Shown: positions 53,690-64,000 of the stretch, in pieces
Position numbering within the stretch: the first letter of the stretch is position 1
Layout of the letters: every line of letters starts with the position of its first letter
From: the human T2T-CHM13v2.0 reference genome, Homo sapiens
Direction: 5' to 3' (one strand)
Length of the DNA: 64,000 nucleotides
NCBI RefSeq assembly: GCF_009914755.1
Contig: NC_060929.1
Notes under the pieces: model-generated
Seen by the model: the letters and a program-made list of their open reading frames with translations, nothing else
The model's database searches: none
Told to the model about the DNA's origin: nothing
Translations under genes and position numbers: made by a program

Positions 53690-56600
53690 AGGCCAAAGGC
53701 AGAAAAGGAAATATCTTCGTATAAAAACTAGACAGAATCATTCTCAGAAACTGCTCTGTGATGTGTGCGTTCAACTCTCAGAGTTTAACTTTTCTTTTCA
53801 TTCAGCAGTTTGGAAACACTCTGTTTGTAAAGTCTGCACGTGGATAATTTGACCACTTAGAGGCCTTCGTTGGAAACGGGTTTTTTTCATGTAAGGCTAG
53901 ACAGAAGAGTTCTCAGTAACTTCCTTGTGTTGTGTGTATTCAACTCACACAGTTGAACGATCCTTTACAGAGAGCAGACTTGTAACACTCTTTTTGTGAA
54001 TTTGCAAGTGGAGATTTCAGCCGCTTTGAAGTCAAAGTAGAAAAGGAAATATCTTCCTATAAAAACTAGACAGAATGATTCTCAGAAACTCCTTTGTGAT
54101 GTGTGCGTTCAACTCACAGAGTTTAACCTTTCTTTTCATAGAGCAGTTAGGAAACACTCTGTTTGTAAAGTCTGCAAGTGGATATTCAGACCTCTTTGAG
54201 GCCTTCGTTGGAAACGGGTTTTTTTCATATAAGGCTAGACAGAAGAATTCCCAGTAACTTCCTTGTGTTGTGTGTGTTCAACTCACAGAGTTGAACTTTG
54301 ATTTACACAGAGCAGATTTGAAACACTCTTTTTGTGGAATTTGCAAGTGGAGATTTCAAGCGCTTTGAGGCCAAAGGCAGAAAAGGAAATATCTTCGTAT
54401 AAAAACTAGACAGAATCATTCTCAGAAACTGCTCTGCGATGTGTGCGTTCAACTCTCAGAGTTTAACTTTTCTTTTCATTCAGCAGTTTGGAAACACTCT
54501 GTTTGTAAAGTCTGCACGTGGATATTTTGACCACTTAGAGGCCTTCGTTGGAAACGGGTTTTTTTCCTGTAAGGCTAGACAGAAGAATTCCCAGTAACTT
54601 CCTTGTGTTGTGTACATTCAACTCACAGAGTTGAACGTTCCCTTAGACAGAGCAGATTTGAAACACTCTTTTTGTGCAATTGGCAAGTGGAGATTTCAAG
54701 CGCTTTAAGGTCAATGGCAGAAAAGGAAATATCTTCGTTTCAAAACTAGAGAGAATCATTCCCAAAAACTGCGTTGTGATGTGTGCGTTCAACTAACAGA
54801 GTTTAACCTTTCTTTTCATAGAGCAGTTAGGAAACACTCTGTTTGTAAACTCTGCAAGTGGATATTCAGACCTCTTTGAGGCCTTCGTTGGAAACGGGAT
54901 TTCTTCATACTGTGCTAGACAGAAGAATTCTCAGTAACTTCCTTGTGTTGTGTGTATTCAACTCACAGAGTTGAACGATCCTTTACACAGAGCAGACTTG
55001 TAACAATCTTTTTGTGGAATTTGCAAGTGGAGATTTCAGCCGCTTTGAAGTCAAAGGTAGAAAAGGGAATATCTTCCTATAAAAACTAGACAGAATGATT
55101 CTCAGAAACTCCTTTGTGATGTGTGCGTTCAACTCACAGAGTTTAACCTTTCTTTTCATAGAGCAGTTAGGAAACACTCTGTTTCTAAAGTCTGCAAGTG
55201 GATATTCAGACCTCTTTGAGGCCTTCGTTGGAAACGGGTTTTTTTCATATAAGGCTAGACAGAAGAATTCCCAGTAACTTCCTTGTGTTGTGTGTGTTCA
55301 ACTCACAGAGTTGAACTTTCATTTACACAGAGCAGATTTGAAACACTCTTTTTGTGGAATTTGCAAGTGGAGATTTCAAGCGCTGTGAGGCCAAAGGCAG
55401 AAAAGGAAATATCTTCGTATAAAAACTAGACAGAATCATTCTCAGAAACTGCTCTGTGATGTGTGCGTTCAACTCTCAGAGTTTAACTTTTCTTTTCATT
55501 CAGCAGTTTGGAAACACTCTGTTTGTAAAGTCTGCACGTGGATAATTTGACCACTTAGAGGCCTTCGTTGGAAACGGGTTTTTTTCATGTAAGGCTAGAC
55601 AGAAGAGTTCTCAGTAACTTCCTTGTGTTGTGTGTATTCAACTCACACAGTTGAACGATCCTTTACAGAGAGCAGACTTGTAACACTCTTTTTGTGAATT
55701 TGCAAGTGGAGATTTCAGCCGCTTTGAAGTCAAAGTAGAAAAGGAAATATCTTCCTATAAAAACTAGACAGAATGATTCTCAGAAACTCCTTTGTGATGT
55801 GTGCGTTCAACTCACAGAGTTTAACCTTTCTTTTCATAGAGCAGTTAGGAAACACTCTGTTTGTAAAGTCTGCAAGTGGATATTCAGACCTCTTTGAGGC
55901 CTTCGTTGGAAACGGGTTTTTTTCATATAAGGCTAGACAGAAGAATTCCCAGTAACTTCCTTGTGTTGTGTGTGTTCAACTCACAGAGTTGAACTTTGAT
56001 TTACACAGAGCAGATTTGAAACACTCTTTTTGTGGAATTTGCAAGTGGAGATTTCAAGCGCTTTGAGGCCAAAGGCAGAAAAGGAAATATCTTCGTATAA
56101 AAACTAGACAGAATCATTCTCAGAAACTGCTCTGCGATGTGTGCGTTCAACTCTCAGAGTTTAACTTTTCTTTTCATTCAGCAGTTTGGAAACACTCTGT
56201 TTGTAAAGTCTGCACGTGGATATTTTGACCACTTAGAGGCCTTCGTTGGAAACGGGTTTTTTTCCTGTAAGGCTAGACAGAAGAATTCCCAGTAACTTCC
56301 TTGTGTTGTGTACATTCAACTCACAGAGTTGAACGTTCCCTTAGACAGAGCAGATTTGAAACACTCTTTTTGTGCAATTGGCAAGTGGAGATTTCAAGCG
56401 CTTTAAGGTCAATGGCAGAAAAGGAAATATCTTCGTTTCAAAACTAGAGAGAATCATTCCCAAAAACTGCGTTGTGATGTGTGCGTTCAACTAACAGAGT
56501 TTAACCTTTCTTTTCATAGAGCAGTTAGGAAACACTCTGTTTGTAAACTCTGCAAGTGGATATTCAGACCTCTTTGAGGCCTTCGTTGGAAACGGGATTT

Positions 56601-57150
56601 CTTCATACTGTGCTAGACAGAAGAATTCTCAGTAACTTCCTTGTGTTGTGTGTATTCAACTCACAGAGTTGAACGATCCTTTACACAGAGCAGACTTGTA
56701 ACAATCTTTTTGTGGAATTTGCAAGTGGAGATTTCAGCCGCTTTGAAGTCAAAGGTAGAAAAGGGAATATCTTCCTATAAAAACTAGACAGAATGATTCT
56801 CAGAAACTCCTTTGTGATGTGTGCGTTCAACTCACAGAGTTTAACCTTTCTTTTCATAGAGCAGTTAGGAAACACTCTGTTTCTAAAGTCTGCAAGTGGA
56901 TATTCAGACCTCTTTGAGGCCTTCGTTGGAAACGGGTTTTTTTCATATAAGGCTAGACAGAAGAATTCCCAGTAACTTCCTTGTGTTGTGTGTGTTCAAC
57001 TCACAGAGTTGAACTTTCATTTACACAGAGCAGATTTGAAACACTCTTTTTGTGGAATTTGCAAGTGGAGATTTCAAGCGCTGTGAGGCCAAAGGCAGAA
57101 AAGGAAATATCTTCGTATAAAAACTAGACAGAATCATTCTCAGAAACTGC
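53690..57150 (+). repeat. 1,698 bp (10-monomer) near-perfect tandem duplication
   Basis: ORFs 54075/55773, 54983/56681 and 55095/56793 are offset by 1698. Shared private variants are tttgtgaattt (1-bp deletion), aactaacaga and taacaatc. Confidence 0.9.
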
Positions 57151-57309
57151 TCTGCGAAGTGTGCGTTCAACTCTCAGAGTTTAACTTTTCTTTTCATTCA
57201 GCAGTTTGGAAACACTCTGTTTGTAAAGTCTGCACGTGGATAATTTGACCACTTAGAGGCCTTAGTTGGAAACGGGTTTTTTTCATGTAAGGCTAGACAG
57301 AAGAATTCT

Positions 57310-60300
57310 CAGAATCTTCCTTGTGTTGTGTATATTCAACTCACAGTGTTGAACGATGGTTTACACAGAGCAGATTTGAAACACTCATTTGGTGGAATTT
57401 GCAAGTGGAGATTTCAGCCGCTTTGAGGTCAATGGTAGAAAAGGAAATATCTTCGTATAACAACTAGACAGAATGATTCTCAGAAACTTCTTTGTTATGT
57501 GTGTGTTCAACTCACAGAGTTTAACCTTTCTTTTCATAGAGCAGTTAGGAAACACTGTGTTTTTAAACTCTGCAAGTGGATACTCAGACCTCTTTGAGGC
57601 CTTCGTTGGAAACGGGATTTCTTCATACTGTGCTAGACAGAAGAATTCTCAGTAACTTCCTTGTGTTGTGTGTATTCAACTCACAGAGTTGAACGATCCT
57701 TTACACAGAGCAGACTTGAAACACTCTTTTTGTGGAATTTGCAAGTGGAGATTTCAGCCGCGTTGAGGTCAATGGTAGAAAAGGAAATATATTCGTATAA
57801 AAACTAGACAGAATGATTCTCAGAAACTCCTTTGTGATGTGTGTGTTCAACTCACAGAGTTTAACATTTCTTTTCATAGAGCAGTTAGGAAACACTCTGT
57901 TTGTAAAGTCTGCAAGTGGATATTCAGACCTCTTTGAGGCCTTCGTTGGAAACGGGTTTTTTTCATATAAGGCTAGACAGAAGAATTCCCAGTAACTTCC
58001 TTGTGTTGTGTGTGTTCAACTCACAGAGTTGAACTTTCATTTACACAGAGCAGATTTGAAACACTCTTTTTGTGGAATTTGCAAATGGAGATTTCAAGCG
58101 CTTTGAGGCCAAAGGCAGAAAAGGAAATATCTTCGTATAAAAACTAGACAGAATCATTCTCAGAAACTGCTCTGCGATGTGTGCGTTCAACTCTCAGAGT
58201 TTAACTTTTCTTTTCATTCAGCAGTTTGGAAACACTCTGTTTGTAAAGTCTGCACGTGGATAATTTGACCACTTAGAGGCCTTCGTTGGAAACGGGTTTT
58301 TTTCATGTAAGGCTAGACAGAAGAATTCTCAGTAACTTCCTTGTGTTGTGTGTATTCAACTCACAGAGTTGAACGATCCTTTACACAGAGCAGACTTGTA
58401 ACACTCTTTTTGTGGAATTTGCAAGTGGAGATTTCAGCCGCTTTGAAGTCAAATGTAGAAAAGGAAATATCTTCCTATAAAAACTAGACAGAATGATTCT
58501 CAGAAACTCCTTTGTGATGTGTACGTTCAACTCACAGAGTTTAACCTTTCTTTTCATAGAGCAGTTAGGAAACACTCTGTTTGTAAAGTCTGCAAGTGGA
58601 TATTGAGACCTCTTTGAGGCCTTCGTTGGAAACGGGTTTTTTTCATATAAGGCTAGACAGAAGGATTCCCAGTAACTTCCTTGTGTTGTGTGTGTTCAAC
58701 TCACAGAGTTGAACTTTCATTTACAAAGAGCAGATTTGAAACACTCTTTTTGTGGAATTTGCAAGTGGAGATTTCAAGCGCTTTGAGGCCAAAGGCAGAA
58801 AAGGAAATATCTTCGTATAAAAACTAGACAGAATCATTCTCAGAAACTGCTCTGCGATGTGTGCGTTCAACTCTCAGAGTTTAACTTTTCTTTTCATTCA
58901 GCAGTTTGGAAACACTCTGTTTGTAACGTCTGCACGTGAATAATTTGACCACTTAGAGGCCTTCGTTGGAAACGGGTTTTTTTCATGTAAGGCTAGACAG
59001 AAGAATTCTCAGTAACTTCCTTGTGTTGTGTGTATTCAACTCACAGAGTTGAACGATCCTTTACACAGAGCAGACTTGTAACACTCTTTTTGTGGAATTT
59101 GCAAGTGGAGATTTCAGCCGCTTTGAAGTCAAAGTAGAAAAGGAAATATCTTCCTATAAAAACTAGACAGAATGATTCTCAGAAACTCCTTTGTGATGTG
59201 TGCGTTCAACTCACAGAGTTTAACCTTTCTTTTCATAGAGCAGTTAGGAAACACTCTGCTTGTAAAGTCTGCAAGTGGATATTCAGCCCTCTTTGAGGCC
59301 TTCGTTGGAAACGGGTTTTTTTCATATAAGGCTAGACAGAAGAATTCCCAGTAACTTCCTTGTGTTGTGTGTGTTCAACTCACAGAGTTGAACTTTCATT
59401 TACACAGAGCAGATTTGAAACACTCTTTTTGTGGAATTTGCAAGTGGAGATTTCAAGCGCTTTGAGGCCAAAGGCAGAAAAGGAAATATCTTCGTATAAA
59501 AACTAGACAGAATCATTCTCAGAAACTGCTCTGCGATGTGTGCGTTCAACTCTCAGAGTTTAACTTTTCTTTTCATTCAGCAGTTTGGAAACACTCTGTT
59601 TGTAAAGTCTGCACGTGGATATTTTGACCACTTAGAGGCCTTCGTTGGAAACGGGTTTTTTTCCTGTAAGGCTAGACAGAAGAATTCCCAGTAACTTCCT
59701 TGTGTTGTGTACATTCAACTCACAGAGTTGAACGTTCCCTTAGACAGAGCAGATTTGAAACACTCTTTTTGTGCAATTGGCAAGTGGAGATTTCAAGCGC
59801 TTTGAGGTCAATGGCAGAAAAGGAAATATCTTCGTTTCAAAACTAGACAGAATCATTCCCACAAACTGCGTTGTGATGTGCTCGTTCAACTCACAGAGTT
59901 TAACCTTTCTTTTCATAGAGTAGTTAGGAAACAGTCTGTTTGAAAATTCTGTAAGTGGATATTCTGACATCTTGTGGCCTTCGTTGGAAACGGGATTTCT
60001 TCATATTCTGCTAGACAGAAGAATTCTCAGAATCTTCCTTGTGTTGTGTGTATTCAACTCACAGAGTTGAACGATGGTTTACAAAGAGCAGATTTGAAAC
60101 ACTCATTTGGTGGAATTTGCAAGTGGAGATTTCAGCCGCTTTGAGGTCAATGGTAGAAAAGGAAATATCTTCGTATAACAACTAGACAGAATGATTCTCA
60201 GAAACTTCTTTGTGATGTGTGTGTTCAACTCACAGAGTTTAACCTTTCTTTTCATAGAGCAGTTAGGAAACACTGTGTTTTTAAACTCTGCAAGTGGATA

Positions 60301-63300
60301 TTCAGACCTCTTTGAGGCCTTCGTTGGAAACGGGTTTCTTCATACTGTGCTAGACAGAAGAATTCTCAGTAACTTCCTTGTGTTGTGTGTATTCAACTCA
60401 CAGAGTTGAACGATCCTTTACACAGAGCAGACTTGAAACACTCTTTTTGTGGAATTTGCAAGTGGAGATTTCAGCCGCGTTGAGGTCAATGGTAGAAAAG
60501 GAAATATCTTCGTATAAAAACTAGACAGAATGATTCTCAGAAACTCCTTTGTGATGTGTGTGTTCAATTCACAGAGTTTAACATTTCTTTTCATAGAGCA
60601 GTTAGGAAACACTCTGTTTGTAAAGTCTGCAAGTGGATATTCAGACCTCTTTGAGGCCTTCGTTGGAAACGGGTTTTTTTCATATAAGGCTAGACAGAAG
60701 AATTCCCAGTAACTTCCTTGTGTTGTGTGTGTTCAACTCACAGAGTTGAACTTTCATTTACACAGAGCAGATTTGAAACACTCTTTTTGTGGAATTTGCA
60801 AATGGAGATTTCAAGTGCTTTGAGGCCAAAGGCAGAAAAGGAAATATCTTCGTATAAAAACTAGACAGAATCATTCTCAGAAACTGCTCTGCGATGTGTG
60901 CGTTCAACTCTCAGAGTTTAACTTTTCTTTTCATTCAGCAGTTTGGAAACACTCTGTTTGTAAAGTCTGCACGTGGATAATTTGACCACTTAGAGGCCTT
61001 CGTTGGAAACGGGTTTTTTTCATGTAAGGCTAGACAGAAGAATTCTCAGTAACTTCCTTGTGTTGTGTGTATTCAACTCACAGAGTTGAACGATCCTTTA
61101 CACAGAGCAGACTTGTAACACTCTTTTTGTGGAATTTGCAAGTGGAGATTTCAGCCGCTTTGAAGTCAAAGGTAGAAAAGGAAATATCTTCCTATAAAAA
61201 CTAGACAGAATGATTCTCAGAAACTCCTTTGTGATGTGTACGTTCAACTCACAGAGTTTAACCTTTCTTTTCATAGAGCAGTTAGGAAACACTCTGTTTG
61301 TAAAGTCTGCAAGTGGATATTCAGACCTCTTTGAGGCCTTCGTTGGAAACGGGTTTTTTTCATATAAGGCTAGACAGAAGGATTCCCAGTAACTTCCTTG
61401 TGTTGTGTGTGTTCAACTCACAGAGTTGAACTTTCTTTTACAAATAGCAGATTTGAAACACTCTTTTTGTGGAATTTGCAAGTGGAGATTTCAAGCGCTT
61501 TGAGGCCAAAGGCAGAAAAGGAAATATCTTCGTATAAAAACTAGACAGAATCATTCTCAGAAACTGCTCTGCGATGTGTGCGTTCAACTCTCAGAGTTTA
61601 ACTTTTCTTTTCATTCAGCAGTTTGGAAACACTCTGTTTGTAACGTCTGCACGTGGATAATTTGACCACTTAGAGGCCTTCGTTGGAAACGGGTTTTTTT
61701 CATGTAAGGCTAGACAGAAGAATTCTCAGTAACTTCCTTGTGTTGTGTGTATTCAACTCACAGAGTTGAACGATCCTTTACACAGAGCAGACTTGTAACA
61801 CTCTTTTTGTGGAATTTGCAATTGGAGATTTCAGCCGCTTTGAAGTCAAAGGTAGAAAAGGAAATATCTTCCTATAAAAACTAGACAGAATGATTCTCAG
61901 AAACTCCTTTGTGATGTGTGCGTTCAACTCACAGAGTTTAACCTTTCTTTTCATAGAGCAGTTAGGAAACACTCTGCTTGTAAAGTCTGCAAGTGGATAT
62001 TCAGCCCTCTTTGAGGCCTTCGTTGGAAAGGGGTTTTTTTCATATAAGGCTAGACAGAAGAATTCCCAGTAACTTCCTTGTGTTGTGTGTGTTCAACTCA
62101 CAGAGTTGAACTTTCATTTACACAGAGCAGATTTGAAACACTCTTTTTGTGGAATTTGCAAGTGGAGATTTCAAGCGCTTTGAGGCCAAAGGCAGAAAAG
62201 GAAATATCTTCGCATAAAAACTAGACAGAATCATTCTCAGAAACTGCTCTGCGATGTGTGCGTTCAACTCTCAGAGTTTAACTTTTCTTTTCATTCAGCA
62301 GTTTGGAAACACTCTGTTTGTAAAGTCTGCACGTGGATATTTTGACCACTTAGAGGCCTTCGTTGGAAACGGGTTTTTTTCCTGTAAGGCTAGACAGAAG
62401 AATTCCCAGTAACTTCCTTGTGTTGTGTACATTCAACTCACAGAGTTGAACGTTCCCTTAGACAGAGCAGATTTGAAACACTCTTTTTGTGCAATTGGGA
62501 AGTGGAGATTTCAAGCGCTTTAAGGTCAATGGCAGAAAAGGAAATATCTTCGTTTCAAAACTAGACAGAATCATTCCCAAAAACTGCGTTGTGATGTGTT
62601 CGTTCATCTCACAGAGTTTAACCTTTCTTTTCATAGAGCAGTTAGGAAACAGTCTGTTTGTAAATTCTGTAAGTGGATATTCTGACATCTTGTGGCCTTC
62701 GTTGGAAACGGGATTTCTTCATATTCTGCTAGACAGAAGAATTCTCAGAATCTTCCTTGTGTTGTGTGTATTCAACTCACAGAGTTGAACGATGGTTTAC
62801 ACAGAGCAGATTTGAAACACTCTTTTTGTGGAATTTGCAAGTGGAGATTTCAGCCGCTTTGAGGTCAATGGTAGAAAAGGAAATATCTTCGTATAAAAAC
62901 TAGACAGAATGATTCTCAGAAACTTCTTTGTGATGTGTGCGTTCAACTCACAGAGTTTAACCTTTCTTTTCATAGAGCAGTTAGGAAACACTCTGTTTGT
63001 AAACTCTGCAAGTGGATATTCAGACCTCTTTGAGGCCTTCGTTGGAAACGGGATTTCTTCATACTGTGCTAGACAGAAGAATTCTCAGTAACTTCCTTGT
63101 GTTGTGTGTATTCAACTCACAGAGTTGACCGATCCTTTACACAGAGCAGACTTGTAACACTCTTTTTGTGGAATTTGCAAGTGGAGATTTCAGCCGATTT
63201 GAAGTCAAAGGTAGAAAAGGGAATATCTTCCTATAAAAACTAGACAGAATGATTCTCAGAAACTCCTTTGTGATGTGTGCGTTCAACTCACAGAGTTTAA
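57310..63300 (+). repeat. Block of more diverged 16-mer copies (2,717-2,718 bp period)
   Basis: ORFs 57473/60191, 57813/60530 and 59172/61890. Block-specific variants are cactcatttggtgg, gtataacaac, cactgtgttttt, ttaacatttc, gtgtacgttc, aaggattccc and gtaacgtc. Confidence 0.85.
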
Positions 63301-64000
63301 CCTTTCTTTTCATAGAGCAGTTAGGAAACACTCTGTTTGTAAATTCTGTAAGTGGATATTCTGACATCTTGTGGCCTTCGTTGGAAACGGGATTTCTTCA
63401 TATTCTGCTAGACAGAAGAATTCTCAGAATCTTCCTTGTGTTGTGTGTATTCAACTCACACAGTTGAACGATGGTTTACACAGAGCAGATTTGAAACACT
63501 CTTTTTGTGGAATTTGCAAGTGGAGATTTCAGCCGCTTTAAGGTCAATGGTAGAAAAGGAAATATCTTCGTATAAAAACTAGACAGAATGATTCTCAGAA
63601 ACTTCTTTGTGATGTGTGCGTTCAACTCACAGAGTTTAACCTTTCTTTTCATAGAGCAGTTAGGAAACACTCTGTTTGTAAACTCTGCAAGTGGATATTC
63701 AGACCTCTTTGAGGCCTTCGTTGGAAACGGGATTTCTTCATACTGTGCTAGACAGAAGAATTCTCAGTAACTTCCTTGTGTTGTGTGTATTCAACTCATA
63801 GAGTTGAACGATCCTTTACACAGAGCAGACTTGAAACACTCTTTTTGTGGAATTTGCAAGTGGAGATTTCAGCCGCGTTGAGGTCAATGGTAGAAAAGGA
63901 AATATCTTCGTATAAAAACTAGACAGAATGATTCTCAGAAACTCCTTTGAGATGTGTGTGTTCAACTCACAGAGTTTAACCTTTCTTTTCATAGAGCAGT

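Larger units (their letters stand above)
1..64000 (+). repeat. Centromeric alpha satellite array, dimeric suprachromosomal family 1, probably the chr1/5/19 active HOR family (D1Z7/D5Z2/D19Z3-like)
   Basis: Continuous ~170 bp tandem monomers with alphoid hallmarks (cattctcagaaact, gttcaactcacagag, tttgaaacactctttttgt, aaaactagacagaa). A 339-340 bp dimer period is visible in the ORF-track spacing, with a CENP-B box in alternate monomers. The alpha satellite/SF1 call is firm. The chr1/5/19 family call is from recalled sequence and is less certain. Confidence 0.98.

Noticed and set aside
47-63770. About 190 short ORFs (60-99 aa; MILRNS..., MFPNCS..., MQLASG...) on both strands
   Set aside because: They are translations of the satellite monomers, recurring at the repeat period and opened or closed by random SNVs and indels. 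There is no gene structure. I used them only as positional markers.
1-64000. CRISPR-like or other regularly spaced repeat system
   Set aside because: There are no unique spacers; the intervening sequence is itself repeated. No cas-like or other long ORF is present.
1-64000. Embedded L1/Alu/other insertion, inversion or foreign sequence
   Set aside because: The 338-340 bp phase is kept from end to end and every CENP-B box is on the + strand. I saw no poly-A tail, target-site duplication or non-alphoid stretch.
1-64000. Assignment to a specific chromosome, or to the 8-mer arrays D10Z1/D12Z3 because of the 1.36 kb units
   Set aside because: Unit length alone is not diagnostic. The monomers look like the shared chr1/5/19 family from recall, and resolving the chromosome needs an HMM or k-mer search that I cannot run.
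1-64000. Claim that this window is the kinetochore (CENP-A/CDR) site
   Set aside because: That is defined epigenetically. High homogeneity and intact boxes are compatible with it but not sufficient.

Overview
The whole 64 kb window is one uninterrupted, single-orientation array of primate (very probably human) centromeric alpha satellite. It holds about 376 monomers of ~170 bp, organised as ~188 dimers of 338-340 bp. Each dimer carries one CENP-B box and usually one EcoRI site, which is the suprachromosomal family 1 (J1/J2) pattern. From recall, the monomers best resemble the active HOR family shared by chr1/5/19 (D1Z7/D5Z2/D19Z3, S1C1/5/19H1L); I cannot assign the chromosome. I see no genes, RNA genes, transposons, inversions or CRISPR arrays, and all ORFs are repeat artefacts. 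I find no new gene system. The interest lies in the repeat architecture, which I read by hand using five dimer types (my labels): P (ctcctttg...catataagg...ggccaaaggc), Q (ctgctctg...gataattt...gaagtcaaa), Q' (gatatttt...gtacatt...gttcccttag...caattgg), R (cattcccacaaa...ctgacatcttgtgg...gatggttt) and S (cttctttg...catactgtgc...ccgcgttg). The array is not a uniform HOR. It follows R-S-(P-Q)n-P-Q', giving 8/12/16/20-mers. On top of that sit two different ~10.87 kb (64-monomer) super-repeats, two ~1.7 kb tandem duplications, several hybrid dimers marking recombination junctions, and a more diverged 16-mer layer near the right end. Coordinates and variant counts come from manual reading and the ORF-track spacing, not from an alignment.
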